DNA of 64,000 nt from the NCBI GenBank assembly GCA_045046875.1, contig JASFYY010000050.1:54699-118698 (forward strand), read 5' to 3'. This document shows, one piece after another, positions 48,075 to 56,849 of this stretch. Made by a program: the position numbers and the translations under genes. How positions within the stretch are numbered: position 1 is the stretch's first letter; each line of letters begins with the position of its first letter. This DNA comes from Verrucomicrobiota bacterium (GTDB lineage Bacteria > Verrucomicrobiota > Verrucomicrobiia > Verrucomicrobiales > DEV007). The notes beneath the pieces were generated by a model. It had not been told where the DNA came from, did not search any database, and was given only the letters and a program-made list of their open reading frames with translations.

Positions 48075-48141
48075 AGCTGCCGCAGCTCTTAACTTGTGGG
48101 GGTAAAGTGCAAGGGGGGCAATAAGGTGTAGGGTGGGCGGG

Positions 48142-48915
48142 ATGAGTGAGCAAAAAATGACGGAGCAGCAAGAGGCTCTATATCAGCGGATTTCAGATTT
48201 CTCTTTTGATGAAGGAGAGGTGGGTATGAGCTTTGCTGATCGTCTGGCATTGGAGAACGGTTGGACGGCGGAATTTGCCCAGGCAGCTATGGTTGAATAC
48301 AAAAAATTTGTGTTCCTGGCGATGGAGGCCGGACATCCGGTGACGCCTTCGGATCAGGTGGATCAGGTCTGGCACTTGCATTTGGTTTATACCAAGTCCT
48401 ATTGGGATCGTTTTTGCAAGGGGGTGTTGATGCGTGAATTGCATCACCATCCGACCGAGGGAGGCGAGGCTGAGTCGGCGAAATTTCGTGAGCAGTATCA
48501 AAACACGCTCGACTCCTATAAAACATTTTTTGCCAAGGCTGCGCGTAAAGATCTCTGGCCAAAAAGCTCCGTGCGTTTTCGTTATGGGCTGAATTTTGAG
48601 CGTGTAAATACTCGGCGGATGTGGGTGCTGTCAAAGAGCAGGGTATTCTGGAAAGCAGCCTTGGTGTTTGTGGGTTTGGCTTTGATGACTTTTTTGATTT
48701 TTCGCATCAAGGCAGGTTTGATCAGCGCGGAGAGTTCGATGAAGAGCTGGCTGGTGGAAAACGGACTGGCGATTGTGCTGGTGGTTGGGCTGCTGTTGAT
48801 TTTGGCAGTGAATATCAAATGGAGCCTTGGGGGTAAACGAGGTAAAAGGAGGTGGGGCTCCGGAGGCTGCGGCGACAGCGATGGAGGTTGTGGGGATGGC
48901 GGCTGCGGTGATTGA
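48142..48915 (+). CDS. Glycine-rich-domain (GRDP/TIGR04222-like) membrane protein with GGCG tail
   Basis: RLA.ENGW, EYKKF, TPSDQVDQVWHLH, HHHP, two TM helices, C-terminal (GGCGD)x3; start uncertain (48133/48142/48157). Confidence 0.78.
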   Translation: MSEQKMTEQQEALYQRISDFSFDEGEVGMSFADRLALENGWTAEFAQAAMVEYKKFVFLAMEAGHPVTPSDQVDQVWHLHLVYTKSYWDRFCKGVLMRELHHHPTEGGEAESAKFREQYQNTLDSYKTFFAKAARKDLWPKSSVRFRYGLNFERVNTRRMWVLSKSRVFWKAALVFVGLALMTFLIFRIKAGLISAESSMKSWLVENGLAIVLVVGLLLILAVNIKWSLGGKRGKRRWGSGGCGDSDGGCGDGGCGD

Positions 48916-48964
48916 GCGCAGAAGGCTGATCGGAAATAAGTTTCCGTATCCGCTATATGTCCGA

Positions 48965-49198
48965 CTAGGCTTGCTGGAGCAGGCTGAAAAGTTGGTCTTT
49001 CAAATGCAGTCGTTTTTTTCGCAAAGCATTGAGGATTTCATCGGTGGTGTTCTCTGCGCCAGTTTCTATGCGATGCACTTCGTGATCGGTTTCATGGTAG
49101 TCTTCGAATAAATTCCGAAAATGGGAATCACTCGTTTTGAGCTGGTGGATTTTATCCTTTAGTTCAGGGAATTCGTGAATCAGATCGTGTTTTTCCAT
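48965..49198 (-). CDS. DUF465/YdcH family protein
   Basis: HEFPE...I..LK..D.HF..LF..Y, LRKKRL.LKD.L. Confidence 0.88.
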   Translation of the reverse strand: MEKHDLIHEFPELKDKIHQLKTSDSHFRNLFEDYHETDHEVHRIETGAENTTDEILNALRKKRLHLKDQLFSLLQQA

Positions 49199-49356
49199 AG
49201 TCTTTCTATTTATATTAACTACGTTGATTGAAGCGGAGGGGATGCGAATAAGCGGAATACGCAGCTGAATGTGAAAATTTAAGCTTTTAAGCTTGCCGAA
49301 ATGCTTCGGAGATCTTAAATATCAAGTTTTAGAATTTTCTCAAATTTGATTCTCAG

Positions 49357-51705
49357 GTGGTTTCGCAGAGTTACGGTCAAACGACTATGGTTCGCGCTTT
49401 TGTTATTAATCGCGACGAGCAGGCTCGGCGGCTGGTATCTCGCAGCTTGCAGCGTTGCGGGTTTGGGGTGAGTGAGTGTGAATCGCCGCTGTTCGGGCAG
49501 GATGAATACGCGGGGGAGCCTTTGGTGGTAGTGGATGTGAGGTCTTTGCAAGATGATGTGCGGGAATTTTTGCTGTGGATCAGAGGGCAGAAAGTGGAGG
49601 GAGGGCAGCAAGCACATGTGATCGCTTTGCTGACGGGCATCGAAATCGATAGTGGTAATCATTCCAACGGGCAACTTTGGGATGAGGTATTGCGTATGCC
49701 GGATGAGGTGGATCGCTTGTGTGAGTGTTTCGAGCGCTTCGGTTCTCGTTTTAACGACTTGCAGGGAGCTCCGCAGGATCTTGATTTGCTGAGTCCTTTT
49801 GAATTAGCTGAAGAAGCAACAGCTCAAACCGGGCAGGCGTCGGGATTGCCCCAGCGTTCGGTGGAATCCCAGGTATCGGAGGCCGAGCTTTCGCCGTCGC
49901 GCATAGAAGGCTTGAGTGAAATGACGGGAACCGGACCTTTAGCTGCCTCTGGCGGATCGCTAGACTCTGAATTGTTTCGTGAGATGGCGGAAAGTGTTCC
50001 TTATGGTTTGGTGGTTTTGGGTAGGGATGAAAAATTTGTTTATGGCAATGCCCGTCATGCGGATTTGCTGGGCCTGGGCATTGACGAAGCCGACAGTGTG
50101 GAGGATTGGCTGCGTAGAGTCAGTCCGGGGGAGGAGCATTGCCGAGAGGTGATCGCATCTTGGCGCAAGCATGTCTGGCGCAAACAACTGGTGCGAACCT
50201 ATGCGCTGCGGGCGGAAAACGGGACGGTTGTGGACATTGAATTTCGACCGAAGCTGATGAGTGATGGCAGCCTGCTGCTGACGATGAATAATGTCTCGGA
50301 TCGTTGTCGTTCGGAGGAGGCCTGGCTGTTGAGTGATGTGAAATTCCGCACACTTTTTGGCAGCAAGGGGTTGGGTATGGCTTTGGTGGACCGCACTGGC
50401 CGGATTTGCACCGTGAATGCGGCGCTGCAGAAAATGTTGGATTATACCGCGACGGAATTGCGGGCGATGGCTTTTGATGATTTTGTATTGGCTGCGGATC
50501 GCGTAGAAAAATGTGAGTTCGAAGATTTGGCAAAAAAAGAGCCGTCCCTGGCGGTCGAGGAAGTGAGTTTGCGTTTGCGAAAAAATGGCGGTGAGGTGTT
50601 GTCTGTTTTTCTAGGTATTTCCTTTATGGAGGAGGCGGGAGGTCCTTTTACCGCTTATCTGGTGCGTGAGAACAAGCGGCAGGACTTGGCGACAATGCCG
50701 AGTTCTTTGAAGGAGAGCTTGTTGCAGAATCGGGCACTGCTGGAGGTGGTGACGGATTTGGTGTTGATGTTTGATCACTGTGGCAAAGTGACTGATGTGA
50801 GCCCGGCCGGAAAGGGATGTGTGCTGGATCTCGATGCGCTTGATCTGAAGGGGAGGTTTCTGAGTGACCGTCTGCCTACTTTTTGGGAGGCCTGTGTAAA
50901 AGCCGGCTTGGGTGAGCCTGAGTTTCATTCCAACGGAGGGCTGATGTTGGAATTTTCTTTGTCTGGAGGCACAAGCTGTTGTGCTCATGTGGCGGGTTGC
51001 AGCCAGGGGAATTACATGGCGTTGATTCGTCCTGCCGATGAAGCGATTGTTTTGCAGCAAAAACCCGAGCCGCAGCACTTTCAGTTTGAGGGTGATCCTG
51101 AAGATCTGGCGGCGGGGGAATGGGCGGATCAGTTGCAGACTTTAACCAGCTTGTTGAATCTGGAGATCGATGCGATGCCGGTGGATACGGAAAAAGAGCA
51201 ACGCAGTGTGTTGCAAAAACATCAGGGGCGCATCCGGGCGATTGCCTGTTTGAGCGCGGCGAAACTGCCGTCGGCCAACGGGGACAGGGTGCAGGTATCG
51301 GCAGCAAATTATTTAAAAACCTTGATCGAGGAGTTATTGCAAAGTTCGGCTCTGGCTGCGGAGTTGGATCTCGAAGCAGAAGTGGATTGTGTGGGTTTAG
51401 GACTGTCTGCACGTAAGGCGTTTGCTTTGGGTTTGTGTGTGACGGAATTGGTGAGCAATGCGATTGAACATGGTTTGGCGGAAATGCCTGGAGGGCGGGT
51501 GTATGTGCGCTTGCGCCGCAGTGATCGGGAAGGGGTTTTGTTGGTAGGAGACAATGGCGCGGGACTGCCGTCCGGATTTGATTTGGATCGAGTGGATACC
51601 CTGGGCTTCCGGGTGGTGAAAAGTCTGACGACACAACTGGGTGCGCGTTTGGAAATCAGACCTGGAGAGAATACGGAATTTTTGCTTCGATTTCCGCTCA
51701 AGTGA
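49357..51705 (+). CDS. PAS-domain HisKA_2-type sensor kinase-like protein with degenerate H-box
   Basis: Degenerate receiver-like N-terminus, 2-3 PAS domains, LQTLTSLLNLE, RIRAIA, ELVSNAIEHG, DNGAG, TLGFRVV..L..QL. Confidence 0.82.
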   Translation: MVSQSYGQTTMVRAFVINRDEQARRLVSRSLQRCGFGVSECESPLFGQDEYAGEPLVVVDVRSLQDDVREFLLWIRGQKVEGGQQAHVIALLTGIEIDSGNHSNGQLWDEVLRMPDEVDRLCECFERFGSRFNDLQGAPQDLDLLSPFELAEEATAQTGQASGLPQRSVESQVSEAELSPSRIEGLSEMTGTGPLAASGGSLDSELFREMAESVPYGLVVLGRDEKFVYGNARHADLLGLGIDEADSVEDWLRRVSPGEEHCREVIASWRKHVWRKQLVRTYALRAENGTVVDIEFRPKLMSDGSLLLTMNNVSDRCRSEEAWLLSDVKFRTLFGSKGLGMALVDRTGRICTVNAALQKMLDYTATELRAMAFDDFVLAADRVEKCEFEDLAKKEPSLAVEEVSLRLRKNGGEVLSVFLGISFMEEAGGPFTAYLVRENKRQDLATMPSSLKESLLQNRALLEVVTDLVLMFDHCGKVTDVSPAGKGCVLDLDALDLKGRFLSDRLPTFWEACVKAGLGEPEFHSNGGLMLEFSLSGGTSCCAHVAGCSQGNYMALIRPADEAIVLQQKPEPQHFQFEGDPEDLAAGEWADQLQTLTSLLNLEIDAMPVDTEKEQRSVLQKHQGRIRAIACLSAAKLPSANGDRVQVSAANYLKTLIEELLQSSALAAELDLEAEVDCVGLGLSARKAFALGLCVTELVSNAIEHGLAEMPGGRVYVRLRRSDREGVLLVGDNGAGLPSGFDLDRVDTLGFRVVKSLTTQLGARLEIRPGENTEFLLRFPLK

Positions 51706-51723
51706 AGATGAAGGCGGCAACGA

Positions 51724-54141
51724 ATGAGTGAGCGACTGCAGATCTTGATTCTAGAAAGCGACGCCATCGTCGGCGGGGATTTGAGTGATACCTTGACGCG
51801 GCGTGGTTACAGCGTTTTGGGGTTGGCAGATAATGTTGAGCGGGCTTTGTCATTGATGGGGGAGCGTCAACCGGATTTGATGCTGATCGACTTGCGGATG
51901 GGGTCACGGGATAACGGGATTGAAGCAGCGAAACAATTACGTGAAAAATGTGCGGCTCCGGTGGTTTTCATGACGGGATTTTCCAGCGAAGAGAGCTTTG
52001 ACCGAGCCAAGGCGGTGCGACCGGCGGTTTTTTTGCGCAAACCTTTCAGCGCCTGGGAGCTGCAGGCAGCGGTCGAGGGGGCGATGGCGTTAGCGCCGCA
52101 GCTACAGGACGAAGATGAGAGGGGTGATCGTTTTCTCAATACCCTGAAGAGTTTGAATGAAGCGGTGATTGCTTCTGATTTGCAGGGGAGGATCACGTTT
52201 TTTAATTCCGCTGCGGAGGAGTTGACGGCTTGTTCGGGAGCTGATGCGATCAGTCGTCCTTTGTCAGAGGTGGTGCAGGTGAGGGATTGTGAACGTGAGG
52301 GGGGCGGTGAGGATTCAGGTCGGCAAGGTGGGGCTGGCCGATTGTTGATATTGACGGACGCGGGAGGTGGGGAAATAAAAATCATCGAGCGTTCTTCGCC
52401 TTTGCGGGATGAGCAGGGGGAAGTGATCGGGCTGTTGACTTTATTTCGTCAGTGGCAGGAAGGGGTGGTTGAGCGTCAGGAGGGAGAGGGCGGCGAGAAG
52501 GCTCCGTATGTTCCTTTTTGTGAACTGTTTGACTACACCGATGAGGGAGGCCGGGAAGAAATCGAGCAGATCGGGTCGACTGAAAAAAAGGGCGAAGAGC
52601 GAGAGTCTGGCAGGCATTTGATAGAGGGGATCACCGACCCCTTGATCACTCTCGATGAGGATGAAGTCGTGAGTTATGCCAATCCGGAGGCAGGTGCTTG
52701 TTTGAGCAATGGCATGGGGGTATTGATCGGCCAGCATTTTCGCAGTTTGTTCTCGGCGGCGGCGGGTGAGCTGTGTGCGGAGAAGTTGAAACAGGTCAGG
52801 GAAAACGGACGGCGCTTGTGTTTTGAGCTGCATGATGAAAAAAGCGAGCGTTGGTTTGAATTGAATGTGTATCCCCGTGGTAAGGGCTGGTTGATTTTAT
52901 TGCGGGATGCATCGGCTAGAAAACAAGAGTCCTTGCTGCAGCTTCGTGCTCACCGATTGGAGGGCTTGAGTCTGTTGGCACGTGGTTTCACTCACGATTT
53001 TAATAACTTGCTGACGGTCTTGATTGGCAATCTTTCTTTGATTCAGGATCGTTATCTTGAAGACAAGGCTTTTCAAAGTGAGGTGGCCGCTTCATCTTTG
53101 GCAGCAGATCAGGCGCGTCGTTTGGTGCAGCAGTTGATGACCTTCACCAAGGGAGGGGTGCCGATATTAACGGAAACCAAAGTGGCCAGGGTGCTGCGAC
53201 GGGTGTTGGAAGAACACCGCAAGAGTCATGCGAAAATTCGTTATCAATTGATTTGTAATGATCCCTCTTTACGGGTTAGAATCGATCCTGAGCAAATCGC
53301 TTTATTGTTGGAGAATCTGGTTAAAAACGCAGAGGAAGCGATGCCTGCGGGGGGGCGTTTGGATGCGGTGTGTGAATTGAGCATGGAGCCACCGCCGCAG
53401 TCGGGGGCTGGCGGTGGAGATGGGGACGACGAGGTTGAGTCTTATGTAGTGATCAAGATCATTGACAGTGGTCATGGTATGGATGAGGAAACTTCGAGCA
53501 GGGTATTTGAACCTTATTTCACTACGCGTCAGGAGGACAATGCTAGCGGGATTGGTTTGACGGTTTGTGAATCGATTGCCAAGGCGCATCTCGGTCATTT
53601 GCATTTGGTGTCGAAGCCGGGTGAAGGTACGCAGGTTAGTTTGTATTTGCCGCTGGAGCTGAGCGCGGATACCAGCGGTGATGATGATGGTGACGATGAG
53701 GGGGAGCTGATAGCGGATGAGGTGCCGGTGATATATTCGGATGCCGAGCCGGTCAAAGCGGGTGCTCGGCGCATTTTGATTTTGGAGGATGAGAACTTGA
53801 TCCGCCAGTTGATCGTGCGCTGTTTGAGCAAGCAGGGTTATGAGGTGGTGGAGAGCGTGGATGGTGAACAGACCGTTCGTTTGTATCAAGAGGCGATGGA
53901 GCTGGGTAAGCCCTTTGATTTGGTGCTGAGTGATCTGACCATCGAAGGGGGCGTGGGGGGCGTCGAGATGATGAAGTCACTGCGTGAGATCGACCCCGAG
54001 GTTCGGGCCATTGTTTCGAGTGGCTATTCCGATGCGCCGGCGATGGCGCAGCCGCAAGACTTCGGGTTTATCGCCGTATTGCCCAAGCCTTATCCGCCCC
54101 AGGATCTGATCCGAGTGGTGGCGGAGGCGCTACATGCTTGA
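51724..54141 (+). CDS. Hybrid sensor kinase REC-PAS-PAS-HisKA-HATPase-REC
   Basis: PDLMLID...KPF receiver, THDFNNLL, NLVKNA, DSGHG, FEPYFTT, GIGL, C-terminal FDLVLSD...KPY receiver. Confidence 0.92.
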   Translation: MSERLQILILESDAIVGGDLSDTLTRRGYSVLGLADNVERALSLMGERQPDLMLIDLRMGSRDNGIEAAKQLREKCAAPVVFMTGFSSEESFDRAKAVRPAVFLRKPFSAWELQAAVEGAMALAPQLQDEDERGDRFLNTLKSLNEAVIASDLQGRITFFNSAAEELTACSGADAISRPLSEVVQVRDCEREGGGEDSGRQGGAGRLLILTDAGGGEIKIIERSSPLRDEQGEVIGLLTLFRQWQEGVVERQEGEGGEKAPYVPFCELFDYTDEGGREEIEQIGSTEKKGEERESGRHLIEGITDPLITLDEDEVVSYANPEAGACLSNGMGVLIGQHFRSLFSAAAGELCAEKLKQVRENGRRLCFELHDEKSERWFELNVYPRGKGWLILLRDASARKQESLLQLRAHRLEGLSLLARGFTHDFNNLLTVLIGNLSLIQDRYLEDKAFQSEVAASSLAADQARRLVQQLMTFTKGGVPILTETKVARVLRRVLEEHRKSHAKIRYQLICNDPSLRVRIDPEQIALLLENLVKNAEEAMPAGGRLDAVCELSMEPPPQSGAGGGDGDDEVESYVVIKIIDSGHGMDEETSSRVFEPYFTTRQEDNASGIGLTVCESIAKAHLGHLHLVSKPGEGTQVSLYLPLELSADTSGDDDGDDEGELIADEVPVIYSDAEPVKAGARRILILEDENLIRQLIVRCLSKQGYEVVESVDGEQTVRLYQEAMELGKPFDLVLSDLTIEGGVGGVEMMKSLREIDPEVRAIVSSGYSDAPAMAQPQDFGFIAVLPKPYPPQDLIRVVAEALHA

Positions 54142-54169
54142 AACTAGTCGATTCGGGTGTAGACTAGTT
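54138..54169 (+). promoter_or_regulatory. Predicted TA promoter with operator inverted repeat
   Basis: TTGAAA (54138)-16 nt-TAGACT (54160); perfect IR aactagtc-N12-gactagtt; ATG at 54172. Confidence 0.65.
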
Positions 54170-54171
54170 GT

Positions 54172-54420
54172 ATGAAGGCGGTTGGATCTTACGAAGCAAA
54201 GACACACTTTGCGAAATTATTGGATCGGGTGTGTGAGGGGGAATCGATAGTGATCAAGCGTCGAGGGCACCCTGTCGCGGTGATTTCCCAATATGCGGTG
54301 CCTGCTGCCAATGGTAGTTTGCAGGCCAGTTTTGCAGAATTCCGGCAACGGCATCAAATATCAGGGCTCAATATAAAAGCTGAAGACATTCAGTCCGCCA
54401 AATTGGAAGGGCGTCGATGA
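54172..54420 (+). CDS. Phd/YefM family antitoxin
   Basis: VGSYEAKTHFAKLLDRV..GE.IVI.RRG.PVA. Confidence 0.9.
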   Translation: MKAVGSYEAKTHFAKLLDRVCEGESIVIKRRGHPVAVISQYAVPAANGSLQASFAEFRQRHQISGLNIKAEDIQSAKLEGRR

Positions 54421-54836
54421 TCGTTGTCGATAATTCAGTCGCAGCCGCCTGGTTTTTGAATGAACAGGACGATTACGCTGAAAAGGTTCTCGGCAGATTG
54501 GATGAAGGAGAAACCATGTTGGTGCCTTCTTTGTGGATACTTGAAATAACCAATACCATGTTGGTTATGGCGCGGCGTAGGCAGATTACTCGAGTTATTC
54601 GTCTGAGTGCTTTAGAGCAAATTCGCAAACTGCCTGTGCGGTTAGCTTCTGGTGTATCAATTGCTTCACTGGGGGTTCTAGAAGAACTGGCCACTAGGCA
54701 TCAACTTTCGGCCTACGATGCGGAATATTTGAGAGTAGCGATAGATAACAAAGCGCCTCTGGCAAGTAATGATAAAGCTTTGAATCGAGCCGCAGAAAAA
54801 GAAGGGGTAAATCTATTTGTGGCAGATGAAAGTTAA
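54417..54836 (+). CDS. vapC: VapC/PIN toxin
   Basis: IVVDNS, VPSLW..E..N, LSAYDAEY, LASND..L..AA; 4-nt overlap with the antitoxin. Confidence 0.9.
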   Translation: MIVVDNSVAAAWFLNEQDDYAEKVLGRLDEGETMLVPSLWILEITNTMLVMARRRQITRVIRLSALEQIRKLPVRLASGVSIASLGVLEELATRHQLSAYDAEYLRVAIDNKAPLASNDKALNRAAEKEGVNLFVADES

Positions 54837-54842
54837 AGGGGG

Positions 54843-56051
54843 CTACGGTCGACAGCGTGACAGGGTCATGATGGAAAAGGCGGTGCCGTATTGGCGGTGG
54901 TAGTTGTAGAGCGGGAAGTCCCACCAGTCGCCGTCTTTTTCTTGCAGTGCGAGGATGATGTGAGCGAGATCGTTTTTTAAAGGCGTTGCTTTTTCAGCGG
55001 GCAAGTCCTCGACGCAGAGGGCGGCGTAGTAGTGACCGTAGTAGAAAAAATAACCGGCCACGGCGAACCAGGATTCGTGAGGGACGGGGCGTTTGCGTCC
55101 GATGGATAGCCAGCCATTGCGATCGCGTAAGCGTTCCAGCCAAGTGACGAGCACCTCGTCGTCGACGGTTTTGTCTCCCCAGTAACGCAGGGCGATGTTG
55201 CAGGCTTGCGATCGACCGAGACTGCCTCCGGGACGGTTGATGCCGTAGAGCGGGCGCATTTTTAAATATTCACCATAGACGTAAGAGTTGTCACTTTTGC
55301 GTTGGCGGTTGATCGAATCGATCGCTCGTTTGATCATTTTGTCGGGCACGTCGATGCCGATTTGCTCGGCTTCGTGGAAGGCAACCAGAACGGTGGCGGT
55401 GGTGAAACTGATGCTGCTGGAGGCCGGTCTTTTGGTGCCGGCGCGGAAGTCGTAATAACCCCAGCCGCCATCAATCGAGGCGTAGCGTTGCAGGCGTTCG
55501 ATTTGATTGCGAATGAGGTTTTCGATTTTATTGAGCTGTTCTTTTTGACCGGCGGACTTGGCTCGGTGGTGCAGGTGAACGAGAGCCTGGATGCCGTAAG
55601 CGTGTGCCCAGACGTTGTACATCACGTCGGCAGTGGCACGGCGGACGCCTGGCAGCTCCAGCATCAACCAGTCCTGTGCTCGCTGGAGAGATTGTTTGGC
55701 CTCGGCGGATTTATCCACCTGGCCGGATTCGATCAAGGCACTGATGCACATTGCCGTGACCGCGGCTCGGTAGGCTAGGTGTGATGCAGCGGGGCTGGGT
55801 GCGTAAATGTTAAGGGCTTTGGTATTGTGGGGTGATCCCCATGAGCCGTTTTTGTTCTGATCTTTTAAAAGAAACTCCACGCCGCGGTTAATGGCATCTT
55901 CGATCTCGGTGGCGGAGTGGATGATGGTGGGGCTTTGTTTTTTTTGCTGGTCTTTTGATTGGGTTGGAGGTGTTTTTTGGGCGTTAGCACTCGATACGCA
56001 AAAGATGGCGATGAGGCAGATGAAGCAGGATCTGAAAAAACGGGTGGGCAT
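54843..56051 (-). CDS. Exported prenyltransferase/squalene-oxidase repeat (alpha-alpha barrel) protein
   Basis: Signal peptide; QNKNGSW, DGGWGY and QEKDGDW repeats; [11 protein letters not shown]. Confidence 0.75.
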   Translation of the reverse strand: MPTRFFRSCFICLIAIFCVSSANAQKTPPTQSKDQQKKQSPTIIHSATEIEDAINRGVEFLLKDQNKNGSWGSPHNTKALNIYAPSPAASHLAYRAAVTAMCISALIESGQVDKSAEAKQSLQRAQDWLMLELPGVRRATADVMYNVWAHAYGIQALVHLHHRAKSAGQKEQLNKIENLIRNQIERLQRYASIDGGWGYYDFRAGTKRPASSSISFTTATVLVAFHEAEQIGIDVPDKMIKRAIDSINRQRKSDNSYVYGEYLKMRPLYGINRPGGSLGRSQACNIALRYWGDKTVDDEVLVTWLERLRDRNGWLSIGRKRPVPHESWFAVAGYFFYYGHYYAALCVEDLPAEKATPLKNDLAHIILALQEKDGDWWDFPLYNYHRQYGTAFSIMTLSRCRP

Positions 56052-56137
56052 GGGGTGAGCTAGACTGTCACACGCAGACGGATTATTTCCAAGCAGAGTT
56101 TTGGCAAAGCGAGCGACTGGCTCTATGGTGCTTGGCG

Positions 56138-56593
56138 ATGAGAGTGATTTTACAACGCGTGAGCGAAGCTGCCGTAGTGGTGAATGAAGAATCGATTGGA
56201 GAGATCGGCGAGGGCTTGCTGATTTTATTGGGCATCGAAAGTGTTGATGATGAGAGCGACGTGGAATGGCTGGTGCGCAAAATTTGTCAGCTGCGTCTGT
56301 TCGAAGATGATGAGGGAAGGATGAACCGATCGTTGCTTGATATGGGAGGCAGTGTGTTGGTGGTCAGTCAGTTCACTTTGCATGCGCAGGTAAAAAAGGG
56401 CACTCGCCCCTCTTTTATCAGGGCGGCCAGACCGGAGCAGGCTATTCCGCTTTATGAGGCCTTTGTGTCGGCGATGCAAAATGAGCTGGGGGAGCAGCGG
56501 GTGGCGACGGGAGAGTTTGGCGCGATGATGAAGGTTAGCTTGATCAATGATGGTCCGGTGACGATCAGTGTGGATTCGCGGAGGCGAGAGTGA
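56138..56593 (+). CDS. dtd: D-aminoacyl-tRNA deacylase
   Basis: [33 protein letters not shown]. Confidence 0.96.
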   Translation: MRVILQRVSEAAVVVNEESIGEIGEGLLILLGIESVDDESDVEWLVRKICQLRLFEDDEGRMNRSLLDMGGSVLVVSQFTLHAQVKKGTRPSFIRAARPEQAIPLYEAFVSAMQNELGEQRVATGEFGAMMKVSLINDGPVTISVDSRRRE

Positions 56594-56630
56594 ACCTCCT
56601 GCGCCAAGGCTACTGCGGTCAATAGAAGAG

Positions 56631-56849
56631 AACCACTAATGGACACGAAGAAACACGATAAGAGCGTTAGGAGAGTTGAGCGGAAAGGGTATCGTCGCAA
56701 TGAACTAATACTTCCATAAATCACTTAATTTCATTAGGGGGATCGGATAAATTTTGGAAAATTTATATTGAATAGCCATTAGGCAACCGGAGCGGTCGCC
56801 CTGCAGTAATTTTTTCTTTATTGGTGTTAATTCGTGTCCATTCGTGGTT
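56631..56849. repeat. Composite inverted-repeat element: 3x10-nt arms enclosing a GCAG REP-like hairpin
   Basis: Left arm aaccactaat|ggacacgaag|aaacacgata; right arm (reverse complement) aaccacgaat|ggacacgaat|taacaccaat; internal ggcaaccggagcggtcgccctgc at 56782-56804. Confidence 0.75.

Noticed and set aside
54843..56051. Squalene-hopene cyclase
   Set aside because: Too short, has a signal peptide, and lacks the DxDD motif; only QW-like repeats are shared.
17285..56849. CRISPR array or integron attC sites
   Set aside because: The repeats are dispersed, with no regular repeat-spacer array, no cas or integrase gene, and no consistent attC structure, despite GTT/AAC at the arm ends.
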